This document shows positions 11,555-24,613 of a stretch of DNA of 64,000 nucleotides, piece by piece. This stretch comes from Entomortierella parvispora E1425 (taxonomy: Eukaryota; Fungi; Mortierellomycota), in contig BQFW01000004.1 of the NCBI GenBank assembly GCA_020891255.1, positions 1,178,001 to 1,242,000 of the forward strand, written 5' to 3'. Positions within the stretch are counted from its first letter, which is position 1; every line of letters begins with the position of its first letter. Below the pieces are notes generated by a model that had not been told where the DNA came from, ran no database searches, and worked only from the letters and a program-made list of their open reading frames with translations. The position numbers and the translations under genes were made by a program.

Positions 11555-13878
11555 ATGTCGCATGACTTCAGTGACCCTCTAACGTCCAATGCCTATGCGT
11601 CGTGCAAGGGTATTGCAGGACATGACCCGCTCCTTGTCCCCTCGAATAACGCAGGAGCACAGGACTCTTTTGTCCACTCGACAGATACTGGCGCCGTCAC
11701 CACACCAATCGCGGCGCCAACGTGTCCCAACAACCGTCTTGCCCACAGTGGAAGGGAAACTGCAGTGTCTTCCGCCGTATCCCGACAGCAGCAACAGCGA
11801 CAGCAACAGCAACATAAGCTGTATGATCCACTGTCGTATTCACCTCAACAATCTCGGGACACTTCTTCTCTGCCGCCCAACTTACGTGGGATAAACCCCA
11901 ACCTTGTCAAGAATCGATCAACTCCTGCTCCTGCGGTTGCAACAGGAAATAAGGCATCGGCAGTACCCCAGACGCCTGCCAATGCTGCCTCGACCCAGAT
12001 TATAAAGCGTAAGTCGACTCCTCTCAAGCCATCAAGGTCAGCAACAACACGGGCAGGCTACATGCTCCCATTCGCCGATCCGTTAGCGTTTGACAGCTCG
12101 AGTGTCAATGCTACGCTTGTCCATGATGATGCCGGCTTGTTAACCTCAGGGACTCTTGTAAACGGGCACGGCGCTGTGGCTTCTGCAAGTAGCGGTAAAA
12201 CAAGTGGACCCCAACGTTATGGAACAACGGATAGTCATAGCCACAATGACAGGGGCAGCAACAACAGTGACTTCAGAAAAACTGTCTCGACATCACCTCC
12301 ACTTTCACCCTCGTTCGATCCATCCTCACAGAGGGCAGAACGAGAACGATCTCTACGACATGAATCATCCTATGACCAGCAAAGGGTCAAAGCCCCACAG
12401 TACCTACATATCACCATACCAGACACGAACCGACGAGGCAAAGATGGAATGTTCATTTTATCCGTCCAAACCAATTTGCCACGCTACAAGCGTCAGTCTT
12501 ATGCCAATGTAACCAGATCCTACCTTGAGTTTGCACGATTGAGGGAACACTTGGTGGCAGAGCATCCAGAGACCATTGTGCCTGTCCTCCCACCAGAGAG
12601 ATCGTTGAACAATGCTGCAGATCTTCAGTCAATGAGGATATTCCTGGAACGAATTAGTCGACATCCTATCTTGTCTCAAGACTACGAACTCCAAATGTTC
12701 ATCGAGTCTGAATTTGGCTTCCTTCCTCCCGTTCGATCGAAAACAATTCTGGGAGGTTTTCTAAACATTGGCGTCAAGAGATTCAGTTCGGGCGGTGGTG
12801 TTAGCAGCGGATCTGCACTCTCTCTAGGCGACACGGACGATGAGTTTGAAGAGGAAAGAGCTTCAGCACTAAAGACCGAAACTAAGTTGCAGGCTGTGAT
12901 TAAGAATCTAGACAAAGAGATTAAGGCAAGACGAGGTATGTTCCAGAAAAGCAATTCTCACTTCTTAATGCCACGATTAGCGCTTCATCTTTTCTCTCTC
13001 AAACCTACGACATTTAACTGTACTACCTTTTAATTCTTCCAAAAGACTTTAGTTCGAAAGAAGCAGAACTGTCGACTTTTAGCAATACGTGGGCCGCAGG
13101 CGAAAGCTTGCCAGAGTTGGCGAGGTACTGGGGGAGAATAGCTGAATGAAAATAAGGATTGTTTAAGCCGTCTGCTTATCACCCATGTGCTTTTCTCTAG
13201 GGTATTTAAGGCATTGGCAAAGCCATTAGACGGAATGGCCAAGGCCAGCAAAGCTCAAGTATGCATTTTACTCTAGAGATTTGTCGGTTTATACATGATG
13301 GAAATGGTGTGTCACTCATGCTTTGGAATTGCTTGATAGGTCGGAGGCGACGCCACGGTTCTAGGAGGCTTTCTTGACTACAAGTTGCAGCACGTTCAAA
13401 CCCTGGGTCATGCCTTGGACTATCGGCTCTCTGTCCTAGGCGAATGTGACGCTGCGATCAAAAGCACAGAGAGCAAACGAAAGACTATGGAGCGCCTGCG
13501 ATCGTCTACCAATATTAACCCCGAGAAAGTGACGGATAGCATCGACGATCTGGAAGATGTACGTTATGCTGGTCATCCAGCCCTAGGTGCTGCAGCAGTA
13601 AGGCATAGTATACTGACATGGCCCTTCCATATACTCTCTTAATTTTACTCGACCCATAGGCCATGTTGTTTGAGGGCAACATGAAACAGAGACTGGAGCA
13701 GGTTTCCATGGCACTAAACAAGGATCTGGAGGCATACAGGCTGCAGAGTCAAGAGGACCTCCTGCGGGCTCTTCGCGAATACAGCCAGCGTCAGGTCAGG
13801 TTCGAGCGAGCCAAGCTGGAGGAGCTTCAAGCTGTGTCCGGCGCGATTGGAGAGGCAGAGGAAGTTTTAACAGCTTAG
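11555..13878 (+). CDS. VPS17: Retromer sorting nexin (PX-BAR), Vps17-like
   Basis: PX domain (VQTNLPRY...TRSYLEFARLREHL...PVLPP...FIESEFGF) followed by helical BAR exons, after a long disordered N-terminus. Confidence 0.75.
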
Positions 13879-14202
13879 TTAGCGAACAGAGAGAGAGCTT
13901 TTCAAGTAAAGAGAGGCTGCCCCTCCATTGATGACGAACAGAACATCAGAAAGAGAGAGCATGGCCTGCATGAGTTCAAGGTCCGCCGCTCGTCATCCCC
14001 GTCAACGGACCGCTTTCCTTTTCGGGAGCAGCGGCCGTTGGGGAGCAGATCAGAGTCATCAAGGGCGTCGGTCCGCACTCCGCCGGAATCTTTCCGTTCC
14101 TTGAAGTTCCTTCACCCTTCTCTCTTTTGTTTCTTCCTTCATCTTCTTGCTTCCACGACCCCCCTCCCTCCCCTTGCACCACACCCTCACGAACTGCAAG
14201 CC

Positions 14203-16311
14203 ATGTTGAACCTCGCTCGCCTGTCTCGCTCTGCGGCCATGCTCAACGCCAAGAGGGTAAGCTTTTATCTTGACCTGATCATTGTCAATTCTCAGGAACT
14301 GATGGAATGAATCACTTGATCGCCCAAACATCTCCGGACCGGGATCAGCCATTGTACTGCGACATTCAGTAATCTGACCAGGACCTCGCCTCTCTCCAAC
14401 ACTTAGGTCGTTACCCGTGCCTACAGCTCTGCCGTCAATGGACCTGTCATCGGTATTGATCTTGGAACCACCAACTCCTGCGTCGGTATCATGGAGGGCA
14501 AGGTCCCCCGCGTTATTGAGAACGCTGAGGGCGCCCGCACTACCCCTTCGATCGTCGCTTTCACCAAGGAGGGCGAGCTGGTCGTTGGTCAGGCTGCCAA
14601 GCGTCAGGCCGTTGTCAACCCCGAGAACACCCTCTATGCCACCAAGCGTTTGATCGGTCGCCTCTACACCGACAAGGCTGTCCAGCACGACATCAAGACT
14701 GTCTCATACAAGATTGTCAAGCACCAGAACGGCGATGCCTGGGTTGAGGCTCGTGACAAGCAGTACTCTCCTTCCCAGATCGGAGCCTTTGTCCTCGGAA
14801 AGATGAAGGAGACCGCCGAGGGCTACCTCGGAAAGAAGGTCGGCCATGCTGTCGTCACCGTCCCCGCCTACTTCAACGATGCCCAGCGTCAGGCCACCAA
14901 GGATGCCGGAAAGATTGCTGGTTTGGATGTCTTGCGTGTCATTAACGAGCCCACCGCTGCTGCTCTTGCCTACGGTTTGGACAAGGAGGGTGACCGTGTT
15001 GTCGCTGTTTATGATTTGGGTGGTGGTACTTTCGATATCTCTATCCTCGAGATCCAGAACGGAGTCTTTGAGGTCAAGTCCACCAACGGAGACACTGCCC
15101 TCGGTGGTGAGGATTTCGATGCCATGCTCGTTAAGCACGTTGTCGAGGAGTTCAAGAAGGAGCAGGGTTTGGACCTCTCCTCTGATCGCATGGCCATTCA
15201 GCGTATCCGCGAGGGTGTCGAGAAGGCCAAGATCGAGTTGTCCAGCACCCTTCAGACCGATATCAACCTTCCCTACATTACCGCTGACGCCACCGGCCCC
15301 AAGCACATCAACATCAAGATGACCCGCACCAAGTTTGAGGCTCTCGCCAAGGACTTGATCAACCGCACTATCGAGCCCTGCCAGAAGGCCATCAAGGATG
15401 CCGGTGTTCAGTTGAACGAAATTAACGAGGTTGTTCTTGTTGGAGGCATGTCCCGTGTCCCCAAGGTTATCGAGACTGTCAAGCAGGTCTTTGGTCGCGA
15501 GCCCGGCAAGTCGGTCAACCCCGATGAGGCTGTTGCCATTGGAGCTGCTATCCAAGGAGGTGTTTTGGCTGGATCCGTTACCGACATCTTGTTGTTGGAT
15601 GTCACCCCTCTTTCTCTTGGAATCGAGACTCTTGGAGGAGTCTTCACCCGTTTGATCAACCGCAACACCACTATCCCCACCAAGAAGTCCCAGGTCTTCT
15701 CTACTGCTGCTGATGGTCAGACCCAGGTCCAGGTCCGTGTCTTCCAGGGAGAGCGTGAGTTGGTCCGCGACAACAAGCTCCTCGGTGACTTCAACTTGCA
15801 CGGTCTTGCCCCTGCCCCCAAGGGCGTCCCCCAGATTGAGGTTTCTTTCGACATTGATGCCGATGGTATTGTCAATGTTGGCGCCAAGGACAAGGCCACC
15901 GGTCGCGACCAGTCCATGTCCATTGTTGCCTCCTCCGGCTTGTCTTCGGATGAGATTGAGAAGATGATCAAGGACTCTGAGCTCTTTGCTGACTCTGATC
16001 GCAAGAAGAAGGAGCAGATCGAGGCCACCAACCAGGCCGAGTCGATCATTACCGAGACCGAGAAGCACATGTCTGACTTCAAGGACCAGTTGGACTCTAC
16101 CGAGACCGAGAAGATTAAGGAGCAGATTTCCAAGCTTCGTGAGGTTCTCGCCAAGGGTGAGGCCGTTGAGGCTGAGGAGATCAAGAAGGAGTCTACCGAT
16201 CTCCAGCAGGGATCTCTTAAGCTCTTTGAGATGGTCTACAAGAAGAACGCCGCTAACGCTTCTTCTTCCGAGGGCACCACCGTTGATAACGAGGAGCCCA
16301 AGAAGAACTAA
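14203..16311 (+). CDS. SSC1: Mitochondrial Hsp70
   Basis: Presequence exon 14203-14256, intron 14257-14406. Motifs [18 protein letters not shown]-like [16 protein letters not shown] and GPKH (mitochondrial/DnaK type); no EEVD tail. Confidence 0.97.
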
Positions 16312-16421
16312 GCATGTTCTATCACTGACACCTGTACCATTATCCACCATACATATTTCTTTCACCATTGTATCATCACATAGACTTTCAAATATATTTC
16401 TTTTTGATCTTTTGCATCGTC

Positions 16422-18506
16422 CTAATTGCTAAATGTGTCAATGGATGGGATCGCAGAACCAGTGTTCAGAGCTGAGGCTATCGCAGATACCACATGAACA
16501 TGATCTTGTCTCCCTTGCAAGGGCCCAGGTATCTGCCCTGGCCCCAGTTCAACTGATCTCTGTGCGGCGCCATGTCCAAAAGAATAAACTGACTTGGATA
16601 CAGGAGTCGGCTTAGGCCCATGGTCCACCTTTTGCTCAGACAGATCGTGGTTTGAAATACCAGAGTTACCAGATTCTGCATGTGCAAGGGCTTGAGCAGC
16701 TTGCTGAGATGCCATGATCGCATTTGCAGCAGCCATCATCATGGGGCTAGCATGGACAGCTTGCAGGGCAGCTGCTATTGTCCGAGCAGCCTGAGGGAAT
16801 GGTCCAAAGATCTTGTTGCATATAAGTCCTGACTGGTGGGCCCTCAGAGCTGCGGTCAGATTTGGGTGTGAATGCTCGATATGATACTTTAGGCCATTCA
16901 AGTTCTTGTAGCGTTTGCCACATTCCAGAAATGTGCACACATATGGCTTTGTTTCTGCAGAGTCACTCTCACCCATTCCTGCGGCCGAGCAATGTCCGTG
17001 CGCGTTATGGTATTTAAGTCCATTTGGATTCTTGTAGGCCTTATCACAGCCTTGGACAGAGCATCGGTACGGCTTGTCCCCACGATCCAGATTGTTACCC
17101 GATGACTTGGAGAGATCCTCGATCAAACTATATACTTCCTCATTGTGACGCATCAGGTCCATAGTCGCTGTGGAATATGGCAAGCCTGTTGATGATTTCA
17201 GCGGTAAATCTGGATGGCTGCCTGTTGAATGCTGGTGTCCAGCGGATGATGGCCGTGAATGCTGAGCATTACTTCCTACCTCCTGGTCTCGATGATGTTG
17301 ATAGGGACCCAGAACTTGTCGTCGTTTTGTCACCTGTCCGGTCAAGTGATCACCAGTACTTTGAACTTGATTCTCAAATCTTTGGTGAGGATGGGAGGGA
17401 AGTTCCGACGAGCTATTGCTTGCCTCTCGTGGGCACCTGTCGCCTTCATCACCTTGTTTACCCTCAACACCGATGTAGATATCTGACAATGATACCATAA
17501 ACTTTCGTTTTGGCGGTCCAAGAATGCTAGCTGAAAAGACATCAAGATCTTTCGCTGCGGCTCCTCGCGGATACTTGCTCTGTGAGGGTCCCAGTTGGAA
17601 CGAGGCTATGGACTCGACCTCACTTTCTGAGCCACTGACACTCGGGCGCCGGTAGAGAGGATGGGTGGAGTGGATTATTGGTTGATGGACACTACTTCGG
17701 GTCCATGATGACCCCTGAGAATTGAAAATAGAGGCTGGTACATTCTGCACAGACTGTTGTAACTGTTGACGTTGTTGCTGATGTTGATGAAATTGCCGAA
17801 GTCCCAAATGACAGGATGGCTGCGGTGGGAGGCGCAGGGACTGTGATGCCGCAGCATCCAGGTCTGATTCGAGCGCAAGTCCCAATCCTGCAGAGCTCGT
17901 GTCCATTCCCGATCGATATCCGTGTAAATATCCCAACCTGCCTAGACTTGATTCTGGAAGAGAAATAGAAGAGGGAGTGGATAGGCCCGAGTCCGAGTCA
18001 CTCCAGCTCTCCTCATCTAGCAAATCTTCTGGCTCCTGACCAAGGCGATGACTGTGGGTTCTCTTGCCCTCGCCTTGGGACTCGTCGCCTTCATCGTCCT
18101 CAAACCGCACATGGCATTCCTCATAGTGCTGCAACAAATCATGCAGGTCGGTTAGTTGCTGACCACAGCAGGAAAAATCACGACAGAAAGCAGTTTCGAA
18201 CTCGCGGGCATGGATGCTGTCCATGGACGTGAACGAGGGAGAGTGCGGTCGCTCCAAGTCGGCTTCAAATCTAAAGGAGAGTGAGGACGGATCCATAGGG
18301 TGCCAGGAAGAAGTTGAGGAAGAATATGAAAAGGGAGCAACAGGGTAAGAAGCGCTGGTCAAAGACGACGACAACGACGACAAAGAAGACGAAGATGAAC
18401 AAGGAAGAGATGGCCGAGTTGGGCGCACAATGGCGGCGGGTTTGGAGATAGATATCGGAGGTGTCATTGAACAGACGGGTACAGATTTGTCCACGAGGTC
18501 AGGCAT
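16422..18506 (-). CDS. SFP1: Split zinc-finger transcription factor Sfp1-like
   Basis: FCRDFSCCGQQLTDLHDLLQHYEECH, then two C2H2 fingers KPYRCSVQGCDKAYKNPNGLKYH and KPYVC...GKRYKNLNGLKYH. First in-frame ATG is at 18506. Confidence 0.88.
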   Translation of the reverse strand: MPDLVDKSVPVCSMTPPISISKPAAIVRPTRPSLPCSSSSSLSSLSSSLTSASYPVAPFSYSSSTSSWHPMDPSSLSFRFEADLERPHSPSFTSMDSIHAREFETAFCRDFSCCGQQLTDLHDLLQHYEECHVRFEDDEGDESQGEGKRTHSHRLGQEPEDLLDEESWSDSDSGLSTPSSISLPESSLGRLGYLHGYRSGMDTSSAGLGLALESDLDAAASQSLRLPPQPSCHLGLRQFHQHQQQRQQLQQSVQNVPASIFNSQGSSWTRSSVHQPIIHSTHPLYRRPSVSGSESEVESIASFQLGPSQSKYPRGAAAKDLDVFSASILGPPKRKFMVSLSDIYIGVEGKQGDEGDRCPREASNSSSELPSHPHQRFENQVQSTGDHLTGQVTKRRQVLGPYQHHRDQEVGSNAQHSRPSSAGHQHSTGSHPDLPLKSSTGLPYSTATMDLMRHNEEVYSLIEDLSKSSGNNLDRGDKPYRCSVQGCDKAYKNPNGLKYHNAHGHCSAAGMGESDSAETKPYVCTFLECGKRYKNLNGLKYHIEHSHPNLTAALRAHQSGLICNKIFGPFPQAARTIAAALQAVHASPMMMAAANAIMASQQAAQALAHAESGNSGISNHDLSEQKVDHGPKPTPVSKSVYSFGHGAAQRSVELGPGQIPGPLQGRQDHVHVVSAIASALNTGSAIPSIDTFSN

Positions 18507-19506
18507 TCGGGAAGGCTGCTGAGCAAAAGAGGTCCCTGTGTGGAGAAAGAAAGAACAGAAAGAGAAAGAGAGACAGAAGGAGAGAAGGAGGGGTTGCTCG
18601 AAACAGACAAATGGGAGCGAGCAAAAGCCGTAATCATCTTCTGTCAGACTCTTTCTCTTTATCTCTTGCACCGTGCAAATCACAATAATCACCCCCCGAT
18701 TTCTCTTGGTCACACAGAACAGCAGGCGCTGCCAAAGAAAACAGGATCCGCATCCTCCCCCAATATTTTGGATCTTCACTCCACAAACACACAACCGCCG
18801 TCGCCTATCACTGTTGCTGGTGGAAGGAGAGGTGACGCAGCCCTTCAAGCTGTTCAAATAAAAGCACTTACTTAAATGAGAGATGGCTGAGAGATGGTTT
18901 TGGCAGGGAGCGAATTGGCATCGGCGAATAAGAGCAGTCGGCGTGGGCGTGCGCGAGAAGGCGAGATGGACAAGAAAGACCAGTAAAGAGTGGAGGGAAG
19001 AGCGTGGCCAGGAGGAAGGGAGGATAGCCACGCAAAGGCGACCGTTGACCTGATGAGGAGACCTGTTCAATAGCTGGTCTTTGACTTCATATCTGAATCC
19101 TGGTATGTGCGGATTACAGCCTGGCCTGGGCAAGACAAGCTTGTCTCGCTTGCCGTCTTGGTCAGAGAGACAGGTAAGATCAGAACAATAACGCGGGCAT
19201 TGACCTGCGGGTCTACGGGTCTGCCCCCAGTCAATGTCTGATGTGCCGAGCACATGAGGCCTACTTACTTGAAGCTCGCCATGGTAAATGACCAGCCGCG
19301 CGCGCCAAGAGCCAATCTGCGCGTGTCAGCGTGTCATTGTGTTTATTTCGTCCAAGCGCCATTCCCAGGGCGAACTTGTGTTCAGTCCATGCTGTTCTCA
19401 TCTCTTTCCTTCCTTTCCTCCAAACACTCCATTCAACAACCCATCTTTTGGTCCTTGACTGACTGAACTCATTAGCTTCAACAGAAAAATCTGAAGGAAA
19501 AAAAAG

Positions 19507-20315
19507 ATGACCCAGCAAGGCGACGCAAGAAGCCCCACGCAGGCAGACCAATCCTCTTTTGTCTTTCATGGGAACACTTCAACCAGAGACAGCAGCAATG
19601 GCAGTGGCGAGACTGTGTGGGATCGTTGGCCCTCACTTCTGAGCCTCCGTCAAATCATCACGGCTTTCCTACTGGAGGTGGTGACAAATGCCCAGCCTTT
19701 GCGAGAGAAGTAAGTCAAGAATGGCCATTAGGAAACAATATCCACGCAATCTTTCTAACATTCATCCAGGTTAAATATCTGGATACTCTTCCTATGGGCA
19801 CAATACCTGCGACTCGTCGAAGCATACCCGCTTACTACGGTTCGTATGCATGCTTTTGCTGTGTGTCGTCACTGCGTTCTGAAAACTCATTTTATTTGAG
19901 TGTGTTTCTTTAGATCTTCTTGTCCAGCTTCCTCTTCTTATCCGCAGGTCCTGTGCTTGTCTTTGCCTGTGTTACGGGGATATCTCTTGGAATCATTGTG
20001 GGCATTGCGGCTGTCTGTATTTTCATTGTCCAAGCAATTGTTGTCTGCATCGCCGGCGGAGTGCTCTTGCTTGTCTTGGGGGGGATCCTTTTGTTGACCC
20101 TTTTTGGATTCTTTTGGGCTGTTGTTGCGTTCATGTCCTTCAAGGTTCTTCGTAACCTGGCCAAGACTCTGCAGGAACATAGACGGGATCGCTACCGCGA
20201 GCAGATGCGTTATCAGCAAAGCCAGAGATCCACCGCAAGAGCCGAAAAGGCCGCTGCTGCGGCCGCCTCTGGCGTCGACGCTGAAGATGATGAGTTTGCA
20301 GAGCTGGAGATGTGA
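19507..20315 (+). CDS. Promethin/LDAF1-like lipid-droplet membrane protein
   Basis: Three exons; uninterrupted ~70-residue hydrophobic stretch (LFLSAGPVLVF...FWAVVAF) with a charged C-tail. Family call is by resemblance only. Confidence 0.55.
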
Positions 20316-20676
20316 ACACCCAAAACCAGAATAAAAATCAAAAATTTATATCGATTCACCGAGCCGAAAGGGCCGATGTGGAGAAGAGAGAATTTGATCG
20401 ATCGGAGTGTGGAGGGGAAGGCCTTCGTCGGCGTTCTGTGCAACGAGCTGTCCGTAGGCCTGCCTGCCTGCAACAGGCCGGTCCGCCTGCCCGCACTCCC
20501 GCTCCACACCTGCTGGGTGCGCGAGTCGATAAAATGATCTGCCGGATGAGCAACTGGACTTCGGTTCATATCCCCTTCCTTTCTTTCTTTCACTTCTCCT
20601 TGTATCTCTCTAAACATCCACTTCCTCCCTCTCTTTTTCTCCACGTCTATCCATCTTTCTTCTTTCCCAAGTTACC

Positions 20677-22902
20677 ATGGTTGGTAAGTAAATGCTGCAT
20701 CTACCTTCCCCATTCTTTGCCAAGAATGGAATTGCATTCTCACGCATTCTCATTGTTTTGCTTTACTGATCTAGCTTTCCCAGTTGTTGCCGCTGCTATT
20801 CCAGCGGCCATGTATGTGAGCTCAAAAATGGCCATCCCTCGGGATGCTCGCTTGATCAAAAACCTGATCGGGGCCAAGCTTGCGTACAACGCCATTGAGA
20901 AGAACGATGCTGTCAACCTGACTTTCCGATTCCACGAGTGCTATTTGAAACACCCAGACCGTGAGGCCTTGGTCTTCGAGGGCAGATCATATAGCTACCG
21001 CGATATTCACCTTGGTACGGGATCTAGAGCATCGAGATCTCGCCTTTTGATCTTTTTCCCTCTTCACTAATACTTTGTTTAAATGACAATAGCTTCTAAC
21101 AAAATTGGCAATTGGCTACTGGCCAAAGGAGTCAAGCGTGGCGACATTGTATCGCTATTCATGCAAAACAAGCCCGAGTTTATCTTCTGCTGGTTGGGAC
21201 TCAATAAGATCGGTGCTACCGGTGCCTTCATTAACACGAACCTCAACGGAAAACCCTTGACTCATTCCCTGAGAACTGCCACCGCTTCAATCCTAATTAT
21301 GGATACCGATCTCTCTGAGCCAATTGTGAATTCGTTGGGGGAGATTCAGGCCATGGGCTATACAGTGTATTCATATGGTGGAGAGGCTGCTGATAAAGGC
21401 TACGCAATCCCATTTGCAAGTCCAATTGACCTCTCACAGGTGTCAGACATGGATACGCCGGAACATTTGCGCCGCGGCACTACCGCCAACGAAATTGCAA
21501 TGTTGATTTACACGTCTGGAACGACCGGTCTGCCCAAAGCAGGTCGATTCTCGCATTCTCGTGCAGCATGTAAGTATCGGAGACCAATGTTGTGCTGGTA
21601 TCGTAGCTCTGGTGATGAATTCCCCTCTAAAGCAATGCATCTCTTCCCCATCTCGCTTTGTCGAATAGTGGGTCCGCTGTTTTGGACACGATTTTACAAC
21701 TTCAGCGAGAATGATAGAGTATATCTTTCTTTGCCGCTGTACCACAGTGCTGCAGCTGTCTTGGGTATGTGTGTGGCGTGGATATCAGGAGCGACTGTGA
21801 TTTTGGCGCGCAAGTTCTCTGCCACGAATTTTTGGGAGGATGTCCGCTCGAACAGAGCAACCGTCATTCAGTACATTGGTGAGATCTGCAGATATCTTTT
21901 GAATAATCCAGAATCACCACTGGACAAGGTGCACTCTGTGCGTATGGCTCACGGTAACGGCATGAGACCTGACGTGTGGACCAGATTCCGCGATCGATTT
22001 GGAATTCCTTTGATTGGCGAATGGTATGCATCCACCGAAGGCACAGGTGCTCTAACGAACTACAACACGGGACCCAACGGCGCCGGCGCAATTGGATACC
22101 GAGGCACTGTCGCACGCCTGATGGACAAAGGTCTTAGAATTGCCAAATTTGACATCCAAACCGAGGAATTGATTCGAGGAAAGAATGGGCTCTGTATCGA
22201 ATGTGGACCTGGCGAGCCGGGAGAGCTCCTGACTTTGGTCGATTCTACGGACCCAACGAAAGATTTCAAAGGTTATCACGACAATGCCAGCGCCACGAAC
22301 AAGAAAATAGTCTCCAACGTGTTTAAGACCGGTATGACATATTATATTACTTAACTGCTTTGGTATAGTTTAAGCAAGTTATCGCTGACCTGCCGTTTGC
22401 GATCTCCATTTGTCTTCTAGGCGATAAATACTTCCGTACTGGTGATATCTTGCGTCGCGATTCCGATGGCTATTTTTACTTCGGTGATCGTGTTGGCGAT
22501 ACCTTCCGCTGGAAGTCTGAAAATGTTTCGACTGCAGAAGTCTCAGAGGTACTTTCAGCATACCCAGATTGCATTGAGGTCAACATCTACGGCATTCAGA
22601 TTCCAGGCCACGACGGCCGTGCCGGCATGGCTGCAATTGTCGCCAAAAAGACTATGGACTGGAACAAGTTTGCGGCTTTCGCCCTCAAGAATCTGCCAAG
22701 ATACTCTGTGCCAATCTTTATTCGAATTGTGCCAGAGTTGGAAATCACCGGCACTTTTAAGCAGCGCAAAGTCGAGTTGGTTGCAGATGGAATGGACCCT
22801 AGCGTCATCAAGGACGATATGCTGTGGCTGGATGGACATTCCTACAAGTCTTTCACACCAACAGAGCATACACGCGTCGTCAGCGGCAGGGCAAAGCTGT
22901 GA
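20677..22902 (+). CDS. FAT1: Very-long-chain acyl-CoA synthetase / fatty acid transport protein (FATP)
   Basis: AMP-binding motif IYTSGTTGLPKA, YASTEG, FATP signature YFRTGDILRRDSDGYFYFGDRVGDTFRWKSENVST; ends in -AKL (PTS1-type). Confidence 0.93.
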
Positions 22903-23091
22903 AGACCAGAACAGAAAATATTAAAATAAAAATTCATGGTGATGAAAAAAAAAAAAAAAAAAATACATAATATGTTGTACTCAGATCAAAATGAAATGAA
23001 ATCAAGACTATACCGAGTCTAAAAAATCCCGCTTTGTTTACATGTGTCAATTCAGCGCCAAATGCTTTTTCAATCATTACCTTTCCACATC

Positions 23092-24506
23092 ATGACCTTT
23101 GAAATTGTTGCTCATTACAAGAAGCTATTGCTCGACTCGCCTGTATGATGAACCTCTTGATGAACCTTTGGTTGCTGTATTGAGACAACAAGATTATATC
23201 ATTTCTGAAGATGCTCATTGTCAAAACTCCCTCCCTGTTTTGTAATGTTTTGTTGTAGGAGCTATCGATGCCTGTGGCGGCTATCGAATCTCTTGTCGAG
23301 CTTATCAGGCATTCGAAAGGTAAGACTTTTTAGTTTTTAGGACTTCATTGCTGTGATCTTAATACTGATACTTGTAAACCATCCTTTGATAGCAACCACC
23401 ATGTCCGAGTTTATGCTCTCTATCAAGGATGCTAGCCAACAACTGAAGAGCTCTGTCAGGAACTCAATCTCTCTCTCTGCTGGATGCGACTTGTTCGTAC
23501 GCTTTGTGACACGCAACTCCCAGGACGTGGCCGACTTTGAGACGTGGAAAGGAACCTTGATTTCACGCGGACAGCGCTTTGTGGAAAAAGCGGATGCATG
23601 TCGATACAAGATTGCCGAATTAGGGCTGCCTTTTATTAAGGATGGAAGCGTAGTGCTGATCCACGCTCACTCTCGTGTAGTCTCCCTCTTGCTTCAAAGA
23701 GCGGCCGAAAACCACAAGCGGTTCAAGGTGTTTGTAACGGAATCAAGTCAGACACAAGGAGGGTATGTTGTTATTGTGTCCCCAGTTGTGAAGTGATGTC
23801 CCACCTCTTTCTGACTCATCCTTTGTCATTTTTGTCTATTTTTTGACGTCTCTTACCTATAGCATCCGTTCAGCAAAGGTACTGCGCGCAGCAGGAATCC
23901 CAACAACAATCATTCTGGATGCTGCTGTTGGATATGTGATTGACAAGGTCGATATGGTCCTCGTTGGAGCTGAGGGCGTCGTGGAGAACGGTGGACTGAT
24001 CAATCAGATTGGATCATACCAAATGGCCATTGTTGCCAAGGCGGCCAATAAGCCATTTTACGCTGTCGCTGAGAGGTATGTCCCGAATCTTTCTTAATAA
24101 TCCTGAATGTACAAAAACGACGAGCATGCACTAAACAGTCGCTCCCTTCCGTGTTTACAGCTATAAGTTCGTTCGTCTGTTTCCTCTGAACCAATATGAT
24201 CTCCCTACATACAATGCGGACACTTTGTCGTTCCAAGAGTTGAACATCGATTATGACTCAAAGTCGAACGACGCGGCTTTGGCCGACAGTCCGACTTCCT
24301 TGAAGAAAGCTTCATCCACAGCCTCCCCATCTACAGCAACATCTCAGACAGCTCTTCATATGAAGACCTCAGAGGACCAGGCCTCCCAGGGATCAAACCC
24401 TCTGGTGGACTATACCCCTCCTAACTACATCACGCTGCTTTTCACAGACCTGGGTGTCTTGACACCCTCTGGAGTTTCGGACGAGTTGATCAAGCTGTAC
24501 CTTTGA
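23092..24506 (+). CDS. GCN3: Translation initiation factor eIF2B alpha subunit
   Basis: [83 protein letters not shown]. Confidence 0.95.
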
Positions 24507-24613
24507 GAACCAATAATAAAGGCAGTCACTTTTTTTTTTTGTTGCTTTTTTCTTTTTTTTTTTTTTTGTTGCATTCTGTTGTCTGCATTACACATCTCAT
24601 TATCAAGTCGACC

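Noticed and set aside
14257-14406. Possible box C/D snoRNA in the 150-nt SSC1 intron
   Set aside because: The C box is imperfect (TGATGG), there is no terminal stem, and the CTGA is better explained as the branch site (CTGAC ~30 nt from the acceptor). Only a 9-nt rRNA match was found, and it is not adjacent to the D box.
14704-16368. 554-aa antisense ORF opposite mtHsp70, also 14059-14688
   Set aside because: Known shadow of strongly biased Hsp70 codon usage (few TTA/CTA/TCA in frame); it has no independent start or splice context.
21570-21668. In-frame 33-aa insertion in the FAT1 ORF
   Set aside because: It is a 99-nt GT-AG intron that happens to lack stops; the FATP sequence is continuous once it is removed.
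23142-23260. TGATGA...CTGA motifs in GCN3 intron 1 suggesting a snoRNA
   Set aside because: The first TGATGA overlaps the GTATGA donor and the second is a short local duplication; no guide sequence was recognisable.
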